DNA from: Amphiscolops sp. MND2022
Taxonomy: Eukaryota
Length of the DNA stretch: 64,000 nucleotides
Direction: 5' to 3'
NCBI GenBank assembly: GCA_964187785.1
Contig: OZ076409.1
Span: 31,684,001 to 31,748,000, forward strand
The translations under genes and the position numbers were made by a program. Below are positions 35,958-48,628 of this stretch, one piece after another. Each line of letters opens with the position of its first letter. Position 1 is the first letter of the stretch. The notes beneath the pieces were generated by a model. That model was not told the origin of the DNA, ran no database searches, and saw nothing but the letters and a program-made list of their open reading frames with translations.

Positions 35958-38951
35958 ATGGAGAATTGTAGTATTTGTGATTCTAATTATAAAAAATCCT
36001 TCAAATCTGATCATTATAAATCAGTAAAACATCTTGAAAAATTAAATCAATATCATTGTAAAAAATGTAATTTTTATATGCCCTTATCAGATAAAAGTTC
36101 TCATTTAAGTTCAGACCAACACAAGAACAAAACCAAACAACAACACATTTGGTGTGAAGATTGTGGTAAATATATATCTGATAAAACAAGACATTTCCAA
36201 AGTGAAATTCACAAAGCCCACGCAGCTTCGCGCACAGCTTCGCAGGCAGCTTCTTACACAGCTTCCCACGCAGCTTCCCACACAAGTCTGCACTTTGGTC
36301 AAGAGGTTGAAGTAATTGTGAATGAAAAAACACATTAAATTGAAAGTAAATCCAACCGAAAATCCCGAACATCACATAAATGAACTACTAAATGGAAATA
36401 ATTTTTCCCGATATAAATATCAATTGAGTTGTTTAGCTAAGTTTTCAAAATACATCAACGGAGAAGAAAGTGTATTTCACAAATGGGTTAAATCAGATTT
36501 TAATTACAATCACACATTCCCTGATCATACAATTCACAACACATTAATGCAGAAATTAGATGATGAACAATTAGAAGGATCAGGCTTTGTGGTAAACCGT
36601 ATTGTCAATGTTATATTAGAAATATATAAAGTCAATGATATTCAAGCTTCTTCATACATTGAGTTGCCAGAAAAATATAAGAATAATAAATCAATTATAA
36701 ATATAAAAAATAATGATCAATTTTGTTTATGGTGCATCATAGCATATTTATATCCCGTTGAAGACAAAAATATATATATCTGATAAAACAAGACATTTCC
36801 AAAGTGAAAATCACAAAGCCCACGCAGCTTCGCGCACAGCTTCGCAGGCAGCTTCTTACACAGCTTCCCACGCAGCTTCCCACACAAGTCTGCACTTTGG
36901 TCAAGAGGTTGAAGTAATTGTGAATGAAAAAACACATTAAATTGAAAGTAAATCCAATCGAAAATCCCGAACATCACATAAATGAACTACTAAATGAAAA
37001 TAATTTTTCCCGATATAAATATCAATTGAGTTGTTTAGCTAAGTTTTCAAAATACATCAACGGAGAAGAAAGTGTATTTCACAAATGGGTTAAATCAGAT
37101 TTTAATTACAATCACACATTCCCTGATCATACAATTCACAACACATTAATGCAGAAATTAGATGATGAACAATTAGAAGGATCAGGCTTTGTGGTAAACC
37201 GTATTGTCAATGTTATATTAGAAATATATAAAGTCAATGATATTCAAGCTTCTTCATACATTGAGTTGCCAGAAAAATATAAGAATAATAGATCAATTAT
37301 AAATATAAAAAATAATGATCAATTTTGTTTATGGTGCATCATAGCATATTTATATCCCGTTGAAGACAAAAAAATATAACTTCAAAATATACTATGTATT
37401 TACCTACTTCATGTACCGAAGGTTTAGAATTCGCTATGAAAGTTAAAGATTTTCCCAAGTTCGAAAACTTAAATAATTTAAACGTAAATGTTTTTGAACT
37501 CACAAATAGTGTGCTAACACCAATCCTCATTAACGAAAATTACTTACAATCACAAATAGAGTTGCTGCTTTTTGAAAATCATTATTACCTAATAACAAAG
37601 TTGCATTGTCTAATAAATAAAAATTCACGCATGAAATGGGTGAAAAGAAGATGTTTAACAGCATTTAGTTCAGAACAAATTTTTTTCGATCATACATCTC
37701 GTTGTATAAATCAACAACCAACTAATATCACATTCAGTTATAAGGATCACTTAAATTCGAAGACTACCACATGAAGCTACCACTCCCAATTAGAGTATAT
37801 GCAGATTTCGAAAGTATTAATCAACCCACAAGAAATAATGATTTCAAAGTATTATTTAAACGAATTCCAATTGCAGTAGGATTTTATCTAATAACATCAT
37901 CTGGAAATTGTTATTACTAATAATTCGGCGAAAGCTGCGTAACATGGTTTGTAAATGAAATGTTGACACTAGAACACGAAGCGAACAAATATTTTGAACA
38001 ATACTCCTCTTAAAATGGCCCCCGAAAAAGAAGAATCATTTCAACAATCCAAAGTGTATTGGCTTTGTGAAAATCCACTTGGTGATACGCAAAGCGCTTC
38101 GGTGATAAAGTTCGAGGTCATGATCATCTTACAGGCAAGTACCGAGGAGCAGCCCATAATAAGTGTAATTTAAATTGTAAAAAAGTCATCAAGTTATGTT
38201 CCCATGTTTTTCCACAACCTTTCTGGGTATAATTGTCATATTATATTTGAAGAACGCTTAACAAAAGCTTACAAAATGGGGTATGAACCAAAAATAATTC
38301 CAAAGTCAATGGAAAATTATGTATCAATTCAAGTAGATGTTTAAGATTTTTAGACTCATATGGTTTTCTTAGTAGTGGTTTAGATAAATTAGTTAAGAGT
38401 ATAAACAGTTTCCCAATAATGGATTCCAACAACTTTGGAGATGAATTATTCAAAAAGAAATTGGCTTATCCTTATGAATACCTAACACATAGTAATTTCA
38501 ACGAACCATTGAATCTAACAAAAGAAGTCTTCTGGTCAACACTAAAACAAACAACTCCACCAGATGAAGAAATTAACCGAACACAAGAAATTATTGAAAA
38601 ATATGATATAAAGAACGGACAAGAATTAACTATGTTATACTTAAAAATGGATTTCCTCCAATTAGCTGATGTATTCGAAAACTTTGTTTAGAAGTCTACA
38701 CTTGAATACAGCATCAATCCTTTGTATAGTTACTCTCTACCTGGTTATAGATGGAAAGCTGGTTTGAAGATAAACAAAATCAAATTAGATTTCATAAAAG
38801 ACAAAGAATTATTACTACTACTTGAAAGTAATATACGTGGAGGAATTTCAAGTGTAATGGGACCTCGTTACATTGAATCAGATGAAAATACACAACTTTT
38901 ATACATTGATGCAAATAATGTTTATGGATGGGCACTGAGTCAATACCTTCC
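35958..38951 (+). pseudogene. P2 protein-primed PolB, 3'-truncated by LINE
   Basis: Three C2H2 fingers, EGSGF...SSYIELP...NNDQFCLWC, HYYLI, VYADFE, HDHLTGKYRGAAHNKCN, FHNLSGY, FLDS, AYPYEY, IRGG, YIDANNVYGWALSQYLP; polymerase motifs B and C are missing. Confidence 0.93.
36168..37378 (+). repeat. 602-bp tandem duplication inside P2 pPolB
   Basis: ORFs at 36322 and 36924 are near-identical (offset 602); junction microhomology AAATATA. Each copy includes a 12-bp minisatellite encoding HAASRTASQAASYTASHAAS. Confidence 0.95.
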
Positions 38952-41900
38952 ATAGGAGGAACTATTCAAAAAATAGCAAAGTAAATCTAAATTCGACTCC
39001 AACTTAAAAATTTTTTTTCTAAACGTCAGGGGCTTGAAAAATATAACAAACTTGAATATACTGCCTGAGGTAGTGAAACATTTCGATGTCGTCGGCTTGG
39101 TTGAAACACTGTCAAATAATTTTGACAAAACATACTTTGATAGCTTCGATGTTTATACTGGTAAAGACGAAAATAAGCTAAAAGGTTTCCACGGAATGGC
39201 GCTTATGGTGAAAAAAACACTACAACACAAGTTTTTTTGGAGAGCGGCTCAGGGTTTTGGTTTGAAATAACAAATGCAAATCTCTGCTATGGCATAGGTC
39301 TCTTTTATATTCCATGTGAAAATTCGAAATATTGGCATCAGGAACTTTTTGATTCAATAGAAGAAGTTACCCAACATAGATATGCTAATGAAAATGTAAT
39401 CATACTTGGTGACTTTAATGCTAGAACGGGCCTACAGCCCGATTTTGTATCATTAGATGAGAATGATTCACTGTTTCAAAACCGTGCTAATGCGGACAAA
39501 AAAGTCAATAACAATGGCCGACGTCTAGTCGACTTATGTAAAACTTGTGATATGCTAATCGTAAATGGACGAGTTGGTTCGGACAATAATATAGGCAATT
39601 ACACCTGTACTACTTATAATGGAAAAAGTACGGTTGACTATGCTATAGCAGATGCGAAAACAATTACGAAAATATATTCGTTTGACATTCTCGGTTTTGA
39701 CCCTAGCTTGTCCGACGTTCATATGTCAATCACAATGAACGTCGACTTCCGAAACAAAACCGTCGCGGAAGTGAGAGAGCATCTCCCAAGAACAAAAGTT
39801 AGAAAATGGAATGAAAATATCAGGATTAAGTACCAAGAAAAATTAAGTATAAGATTAGCGAGCGGTGGTTTTGTGCCAGAAATCGACCACGAAACCGATC
39901 TAAACTCTTTCAATGAAAAATTAAAACAAAGTTTAACAGAAATTGCTACTGAGGTAGGGGCGCTACGAATGAAAAAAAACAAATGCGCAGAAATGCCTGG
40001 TTCGATAAAGAATGCGAAAATGCGAGATCAGAATATCGCAGAGCAATAAGACATACTCTACTGACTCATCTCAAAAGATTAGCCTTGAAACAATATAGAT
40101 CTATCATAATAGATCCAATAATAAACGGACAGAATATCATACGCAAGTGAATGACGAGTTGCGGAGCTTGTGTCAGTCAAATACGCAGCCTTTTTGGTCA
40201 AGACGGAAAAACATGGAGTCTGTGGAAAAAGCGTTGAGCATTGATCTCGAAAACTTGACGCAACATTTCATTAGTCTGAATCAAGCCCCTGATATTAATG
40301 ACTGTCCTAATGAACATGTAGTAGTTAATAATGATGATCAAATGTTAACTGACGATTATTTATGTTTTCTGGATAGTCCTTTTGATCTAAAGGAAGTGCA
40401 GTGTTGCGTTAAAAAGTTGAAAAATGGCACATCAGCTGGTCAAGATAACCTTTTTCCGGAGTTGTTCAAATATGCACCCACTGATTTCTATGTGCTACTT
40501 ACTAATTTCTCAATGATATACTAGAAAAAGGCCAGATCCCGGATGAATGGGGGTTATCTATAATCTGCCTCATTTACAAGAAAGGACAAATGAGTGATCC
40601 TAACAACTACCGTGTAATTTCACTTATTGATTGTTTAGCAAAATTCTTCACAAGATTACTTTCTGACAGAATACAGCAGTTCCTCGACTCAAAATTAATC
40701 ATCGGCGAGGAGCAAGCTGGTTTCAGACCGAAACATTCATGTATGGACCAAGTGTTCGCTCTTTTCAACATCATTAATTGGTACGTTACAAAAGGTAAAA
40801 AATTGTTTGTCATTTTTGTTGATTATGAGAAGGCGTTCGACCGAGTCAATCGTATGTATCTATGGCAAAAATTACTCGCGAGTGGCGTGAAAGGGAAAAT
40901 TTTGAAAGTAGTCGAAAATCTGCATCAGAAAACCAAGGCCTGTGTACGAGTGAATGGTACCACATCGCAATATTTCGATTGCATGATGGGAGTAAGACAA
41001 GGCGACACACTTTCGCCATTGCTTTTTACCATTTTTCTAAATGACTTCAAAGACTTCATTAGCAACTATACACGGGGACTCAGCCAAATTGCATCTTTAG
41101 AAAAGTTATGTGAGCGTGAGAGCGAGCTTTTCGAATCTCTGTTCGTTCTGCTTTACGCTGATGACACAGTTCTACTGAGTGAAACCGGAAATGACATGCA
41201 GTTAATGATTAATGCAACAGCTGACTACTGTAAAAAGTTTGACATGATTATCAATGTAGGTAAAACTAAATATGATTTTCTCGAAAGGCAAAATCAGGAA
41301 ATTGTCAACGCTATATATAAACCAAACGAAACTAGAAAGGGTAGATAGTTTCTGCTACCTTGGCATAATTTTCAAGTACAACAATACCTTCCAATTATCA
41401 ATACAACACAACATTGACAAAGCTAGGAAAGCCCTATTCAAACTCGGTGTAACAATTTCAAAATGTCAGATGCCGATTGCTCTACAGTTGTATCTGTTTG
41501 ACTGCCTTATAAAACCGATCCTGCTTTACGGGTGTGAGATTTGGGGAATGGAGAATTTTGAAACAATAGAGGTATTTTTATCGCAATTTTTTACGGCGCA
41601 GATTGAAACTAAGGAGACACGTCCCAAAACCAATGGTGTACGGTGAATTCGGAAAAAGCGAATTGACTATACAATATGGCAGAGAATGGTAAATTTTTGG
41701 AAAGGACTAACAGAACCGGAGAACAAATTGTCTAACTTAATGCTGAGTAAAAAGCTATTTGATCAGCAGGACAAATGGAACATCAAAATTAAGAGCATTC
41801 TTATATCTTTAGGTGTACCTTATGTTTTCGAACACGTGGAACTGATATCTGGAAACCAATTAAAAGAGTTTACTAACAAAGCCACTGAAGAAATTGCCGG

Positions 41901-42397
41901 GCATCTGTGGTGCTGCAGCATTAACTCGAATTCTATTACTGACATATATCGCACATACAAACATAAACTACAGATAGAGTGTTATATATCTACCCTTAAA
42001 AAAGGGATGCGATATCTTTGAGTAACTTCCGTTGTGCAAGCTCGACGTTACCTGTAGTTAGAGCTAAATTTGGACAGCTTAGCTTAGGAAAATGCCCTTT
42101 CTGCAGCCTACAAACGAAAAGCGACGAATATCATCTTTTACTCTGCAATCACTAAGACTGATCGCCAGGCATTAATCGATGCATGTTCTTACATTAAACC
42201 AAATTTTTACGAGCTTGACCAGCTGATGAATTGTAAATCGGCGAAAAAACTGCAAAATTTAGCCAAATTTTGCCGAACAATTCTTGAAACTTGTCAAAGC
42301 ATTTAAATGAATGATGTTTGATTTATGTTACTACTTTTTGTTACAGTTTATACGCCTTGATGTCAAGGCCAAAACTGATAATTTACTTCTTCTTCTT
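38952..42397 (+). mobile_element. LINE retrotransposon (APE endonuclease + RT; RTE-X-like by C-terminal motifs), frameshifted
   Basis: FLNVRGL, LVET, LGDFNARTG, STVDY, SDVH (APE); NYRVISL, QAGFR, FVDYEKAFD, GVRQGDTLSPLLF, YADD, YLG (RT); PILLYGCEIWG; CPFC...DEYH; 3' (CTT)4 tail at 42386-42397. Confidence 0.95.
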
Positions 42398-43395
42398 GGT
42401 TAGAAGTGAACCCCAAACACTCCGGCTGAAGCCTTAACTTTACTCAATGCTATAACCACTAAGCCATGGGAGACGAATCAATGTTAGTTTTAGTTATATA
42501 ATAATAACACCGAAGGCACCTGAGGTAATAACGTATACGCCGGTACTTGTGTTTTCCACTATTCATTTTCAATTTGCATTGCTTCCGGTACAGCAACGCT
42601 GGCTGCACACATTATGTATTACACATTGAACGCTGGCTGAAACGCTGGCCGCACACATAATGTATTACACTATAGAGGTTATTGAATTTTTGCTTCATGG
42701 TGTTATTTTTTAGTTGTGAAAAAAGGCTAATTTTGATGATTTGTTTTGGAAAAATGCTCAATTTTAATGATCATACGAATTTGAATTTTTTGTTTATATC
42801 AGGATCGACATTTCGCATACTACTTTGAGGGAGCTGATTTTCTCATATTCTTGGTGTAAAAAGAAATGACTGTTGTTGTCTTCCATGGAACATACGCATT
42901 CTAAAATTTTGAAAAACCTGGATCCTGAAAAACCTCGAAAGTTGGCATTTCGTTCAATGGAATTGCTCAATTCGGCTCCGAAGGTGTATAATTTTGTTTT
43001 TAGAATTTAATTTCAGTTTCATACCTCAACCGTTTTAAAACAGTTTTGAACGTTTCGTGAAATAGCCCTGTATAACCAAAATAAACGTTGTTAGTTTTCA
43101 ACGGAAATGTGTTGAGTAAAGTGTTGGAGAAAAATTTTCAATTAGTAAATGCCGAGAACAATTAGATGGATTCTTTTACCTGTTGTAGGTTCGTAAAAAG
43201 GATAATATATTCAAGTATCAATCAGACCAGCCCTTCGGACACACTTCCAATTGGCTACTGAGGGGTCTCATTCCCTAGGGAAATTAACATGAAGTGGTCT
43301 TTTCAGTGGAGAAAAACTGGTCACAAACATTTACACATTTGAAAGGAAACGCCGACTAAAAACAGGTTGCGAAGTGTGTACAAATGAATAATTAA

Positions 43396-43940
43396 CCCTA
43401 AATGGACCATTGGGACGTATACGTCCCAGTTAGTTTCTGCAAACTTTTGAATTAACCCTAAATGGACCATTGGGACGTATACGTCCCAGTTAGTTTCTGC
43501 AAACTTTTGAACGAACCAGCTGACCGTATGGTAAAGAAAACTCTCGAATAAGATTTTCAGACAATATTACATAGCATTGCATGCCTTTTCACGGAATATT
43601 GACATGTCTCCAAAATCAAGAAAACGGGACGCGCAGATTTTCCGTTTTTTCAGTTTTCGTTTGTGGCCGCTTTATCCCACTTGTATCAAGATTGGGTCAA
43701 AGTGGCCATAGCATGTTTTGAAACATGCTGAAATGCAGTCAGAAACACGAGGCGTGCAAAGTTTTGGCGCAAAGTCCGGAGCCATTGCGGCTTTCACAAA
43801 AATCAATTTGAAAGCCCTGATTGTCTTTTAAACGCCCTATGAATCTTTTGTCGGACTTGAATAGTTCAAGAGATATTGCGCTTGAAAGTTTAAGCACCAG
43901 ATTTTTGGATGAATCCGGAAATTTCCTTGTCCATTTAGGG
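43396..43940. mobile_element. piggyBac-like non-autonomous element
   Basis: TTAA-CCCTAAATGGAC...GTCCATTTAGGG-TTAA; the left 60 bp are tandemly duplicated (TTAA at 43392 and 43452). Confidence 0.85.
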
Positions 43941-44215
43941 TTAAGGCTTCCTCACGTCACATTTTGAAAAGGTGTAAACTTGAATTGGTAGTGTTAAAAG
44001 TAACTCAAATGGAAAGTGTTGACATACTTTCAAACACTAATTCATTGCCTAGATATTGCGGTCATTATATCGAAAAGGCCTTTTTGTGGGTCACCAAGTA
44101 ATATAACAACTTGTAAGAGTTGGTGTTTGAAAAAACGTTGAATGATATAATGATACGATTGTAATAAAATTCGAACTTTGTCTCATTTTGTGCTGTAACT
44201 GCGTTTTCATTGTAG

Positions 44216-44413
44216 ATCATGACGGTGGATGAAAGCCTTCCTGCTGCCACTATACCAAAAAATGTCAACAAAAGCAGGAAAATGAAATCGCCTTCTCCTG
44301 AGCCTCCTCCGAGGCAGAAGTCATCGAGTCGAATTCAAGCTGCAGCTGTCAAAGAAAAAGAAAAGGCTTTGCCTCTACGGCGAAAAAGCCCGACTCCGCC
44401 TCCTAAACCAAAA
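44216..44413 (+). CDS. MORC2: MORC2-like gene, exon E (disordered Pro/Ser/Lys-rich linker)
   Basis: ttgtag acceptor and aaa|gtgagt donor, 198 nt, phase 0 on both sides. IMTVDESLP...KSPSPEPPPRQK...RRKSPTPPPKPK. Low complexity, so assigned by splice sites and phase. Confidence 0.75.
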
Positions 44414-46439
44414 GTGAGTTTTACTGAACAATCAATCCTGTTTTGGAGATACTGTTACATGAGTAGTTGTGGTTGATATACCCCATGAAATAGAAGGGAG
44501 TAGTGAAGAAAACCGCCGGGTTTGCAACGTGGTAGGGTTCCCACGCTGCCAACGGGATTGGATTCTTCCATAAAGGACATTTAGGAGCCGCTCCTTTTGG
44601 ATTGAATTTCATTCGGCGGTCCGAATGAATGTCGGAATTGATTCGGCGCTCGCGAAAAACGTCCTTTTGCCTCTTGGAAATTGTTTAGGATTCGACGCTT
44701 GAAATGAATGTTTTTTTCCGAATACATTTCAAAAGCCTATCGAATTATAAAGTTCATGTAGGAAAAGCATAGATATTTTTATTTGAATGAATGTCTTCAA
44801 TGTTTGCAAGAACTAGCCTTGACATTTTGGTGCAAATGAATATGTAACATGGTGGTGGATTAACTGGTACTTTCAAGTCTTTCGGCGGTTGGAATGAAGG
44901 TCGTGAATGCCCGTGAAAACAAACGTCGATTCTGCAGTCGGAATTGATTCGGCGCTTGAGAAAAACGTTCATTGGGTTGTCAGAATGGTGTCGGCGTTCG
45001 GAAAAACTATTCTTTCAGAGCTCGGGAATACTTCGCTGCTCGAGAAAAATGTTCGTTTTAATTCAACACTCGGAATTTTCCTTTCTCGAAGAAAAGCGTT
45101 CCTTTTCATTTGGCGGTGGAAACTCGATATACAAGTTGTTCGATTTATCTTTCATTTGAACGTTTTATTCGAAGCTGAATTGTTTGCTGTTTTCGAAGAA
45201 TGGTTCAGACTGGAAAAGAAGAATGAAGTCAAAAGAAATAGATGTGATCAAAGTACAAGTATTTTACAGATTACCATTTGGGAAAACTGACATTTTTGAA
45301 ATTTATCGAAACTTTGTGATCAGCTTTTGCTTAGTTCAACAGAGAAATACAAATTTGAACCTTACTCCAGAACAATTACAAAAATTGGTAAAGGAACAAC
45401 TGGAAATCAGTTGTGGGTGTTTATCCAAGTATAGTGAAGGTTGCAGGCTGCTTGTAATTGCTCGTGACGCACAAAAAGTTTTTGAAACTTTTTTGTGACA
45501 AGGGTAACTGTTTGGACAGAACCAAATTCCAGAAATGCCGGCAAGCTACACTTCTGTCACTCTGGAGCATTTTGAGGTTGAAGTTTCCCGAGCAGTCACA
45601 TTTGTTCAATGACTTGAAGGGTTGAGTTAAGAATCGGTGAAATGAATACAAACGCCAATCAAATATGCCTGTCGTTGACTCCTCAATTCAGTGTCTGTTT
45701 GTCACTATCAAATAACAGTCACTGTATTACCCTAACCAAAGACGAGTACATTGCAGTTGGTGATCACAGGGTTACAAGAAGAGGTGTGATAACTTAAATG
45801 TATCAGATTATTACCTACTGAAATCAACGTTTGGTGTTGTGGACGCAGGAATTTTGGACAGAGTATGTCAACCGAATCTGCGACACATGAGACAAAACTT
45901 CCAATGATGAAAAGAAAGTTACCACCTCTCAAAATACCCCTAATTCAAAAACCCCTGATCCAGTGGAAGTTCCCAAAGAACATCCTAATATTCCTGAAAC
46001 AAATCAGGGAAAAGAACAAAGTCCCTAGAATTTGGTACTTTTGTGGATTTGGTAAAAGACGTCCATGCTTCAAAAGCGATTTGCAGAGTGACGATTCCTT
46101 CATTCTTTTACACACATTCAAAGAATTCAATTGCTTCCAACAGTAAAAAAAACGATATTAACTTGTGCTTGCTTACTTTTGTATATTAATTTTCCTCTTG
46201 GGAACGAAAGAAGAACGGATTTCATGCTTCAGCTTACCTTAATTCCTCAACATTGTCAAACAGGAAAAAACAATTTTGTACAAGAAACACATTTTGTGAG
46301 CGGTACGAAATAATCTATAATCTTTAGTATTCAGCATGCTGGTTTGATTGATTTGTAAAATCAATTCACTTACTTTATCAAAACCCTTTTTAAATCATGT
46401 AGTCAGAACCAGTTGACTCGCCCGACGCAATAACTAGTT

Positions 46440-46676
46440 ATGAAATTATTTGCGATGAAAACAATCTGGAAAGACTTCCTCGGAAGTTTTGTAATTCCAC
46501 AAAAATACCAGGAAACTCAGTTTGTGTTTTTTGTTCACACGATTTCAGTATTCCTTCTCATATCAGTTTGCTTGCTAAAGCTATTTTTCTATGAAGTACT
46601 CTGCGAGGATATGCCATTTTGGAGTTCACTTTTGGGTGGTGCAGTTGGATTTTTGATACCTGGTCGAAAGCTTTGA
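46440..46676 (+). CDS. P3 small membrane protein upstream of ATPase
   Basis: FVFFVHTISVFLLISVCLL...FWSSLLGGAVGFLIPGRKL; two hydrophobic helices, homologous to the P1 ORF at 11585. Confidence 0.65.
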   Translation: MKLFAMKTIWKDFLGSFVIPQKYQETQFVFFVHTISVFLLISVCLLKLFFYEVLCEDMPFWSSLLGGAVGFLIPGRKL

Positions 46677-46912
46677 ACAAGATTATTTTTACAGCTCTCA
46701 AAGTTTTCATGCCTAGTTGGTCCGTCTGGGTCTGGAAAAACTCGACTAATTTTCTCAATGCACACCAAAGATTTTTTATCCAAGGTTCAACAAAAACTAA
46801 TACTTTACAGAGACTTCCGACTTAATTTGAAGAAAGTGGAGAAAAAGATGACTATTGAACGTTTTAAATGTCTCAATTTCGAACTGATAAAGACCCTTCA
46901 GGACTGTAGTCC
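46673..46912 (+). pseudogene. P3 packaging ATPase N-terminal fragment
   Basis: LVGPSGSGKTRLIFSM Walker A motif; remainder deleted. Confidence 0.8.
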
Positions 46913-47729
46913 CATGGAAAAATTCACTTCACTTCAGCAGCAACGATTTTTAAAGTACTGTGGAAAAGAGTTTCTGAATTTCTGTTCTGAATGTGCAATC
47001 GATATTATAAACTGTACGGTACCAGTTGATTTGGAGTTACAATTTTACAAGCCACAGCTCTAACAGCTCTGCAAAAAAACCTACTTCCAATCACTAGCGT
47101 AGAAAAATCTGGTGTCCAAGAAAGGTCTCAAAATGTTGAATTGGATTTCTCGTCCTTGTTTTTGTTATCTAACAAATTGATTTTTTGTGATGAACATCCA
47201 GGAGTCCATATTAATACCAAAAGTTTCTACATTAAAGAAACAATTCAACCTTACAAGTTTTGAAATATTGAGAAGTGGAGCAAAAGACCAAATCACCGAC
47301 TTCCAACGAGGAAACACCTTTCCACACACTGTAACGACAAAACCGGAAGAATAAATTTTCACTGAAAGTTTTGTAATTACTGGATATGCTTACAGTTAGA
47401 GACTAGGAACAAAATTTTGATTATAACTCAGCCTCTGATTCAGTTGATTTTAACGACTCTGGTGAAATAACAGTCAACAAAAACTCCACCAAAATTCCCC
47501 TCAACACTTCTCTACAGCCTACAACAACCAAACAAAAACTTGACTGATCTCTCATACTCCCTCATCCCAAAGGAATTGAAATTGAATAGTAACTTGGTAC
47601 CCAATAAAAAAGCCAGTAACTTTTTGAACCCTGAAGTGATCACAAGAAACAACTTGAATCAGATGCCAGCGACACAGAATTTAAAGGTTCCAAAGCGTCT
47701 GGATCGAAAGACTGAACAACTCTCGTGAG

Positions 47730-48628
47730 ATGGAAGAACAACGTTGGAAAAACTTTACACACAGGGTGCAGTTGCATATGGTAGTGTACAGAGTTTGAAA
47801 AATGCAAGCACACTACCAAAAAAGAAGATGGAAAAGGTTTTAGCGCAAACGAATGCCCATACGAAGGACGCCTAGAACAAAATTTTCTCCTCAGAGTTCA
47901 AGCCTACAGATTTAATAAATTTGGTCAATAGATAATGCCTATATCGATAAAATAGCCAGATACAATAATAGTGTAAAATATTTACTAGTTGCAGCGGATG
48001 TACTCTCACGTTTTTTTAACGAGTTCAACCAATGAAAACGAAAACGGCCGTCGACACAGCCCGAGCTTTTAAACGAATAATCTCCAAGGATTTCCCCAAA
48101 AACGTTTGTCGACAAAGGCACAGAGTTCAAGGGCTAATTCAAACATTTTGTGAGTCTAAAGGAAGTGAAATCTACAATACTCACAGCGAATCAAAGTCTG
48201 CTTTTGCTGAGCAAAATCTTCGTTCTCTAAAGAAATCATTTACAAGCATTTGGAAAAAAGAGGACTTATTATTACATCAACAAACCTCAAAATTTTGTTG
48301 ACATTATTAATTCACGTGTCAACAGAGTGTCTTGTTTGGCTCCGAAAAAAGTTGAAAAGAAGCATACAGCTCATCTAGTTTCTCTGACAAATGTCATTCT
48401 GTTACCGAAATCAAAATTCAAAGAGGGGATCTTTTGAAAGTGACAAAGGAAGATTTACCATTCAAAAAAGGCTACAAGCAAAATTACACAGACGAAGTTT
48501 TTCTAAATCGATATAATTGCTACCCTCAATCCTCCTACATACAACCTACAAGACTCGCAAGGAGAAAAACGTTAGGAAAATTTTACGAAGAAGAAATAGT
48601 TTTGGTTCGGAAAAATGGACGAATTTGA
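47730..48628 (+). pseudogene. P3 retroviral-like (rve) integrase
   Basis: WSIDNAYIDKIARYNNSVKYLLVAADVLSRF, MKTKTAVDTARAFKRII, KSAFAEQNLRSLK, FKKGYKQNYTDEVF, GKFYEEEI; frameshifted. Confidence 0.92.

Larger units (their letters stand above)
32962..42824. mobile_element. Polinton/Maverick P2 with both TIRs, interior largely replaced by a LINE
   Basis: Left TIR 32962-33488 begins AGTAGTATGCGAAATG; right TIR 42396-42824 ends CATTTCGCATACTACT; pPolB inside. Confidence 0.92.

Noticed and set aside
45184..46400. ORFs in the left arm of P3 as pPolB or other core genes
   Set aside because: No polymerase or other recognisable motifs; left as unassigned accessory remnants.
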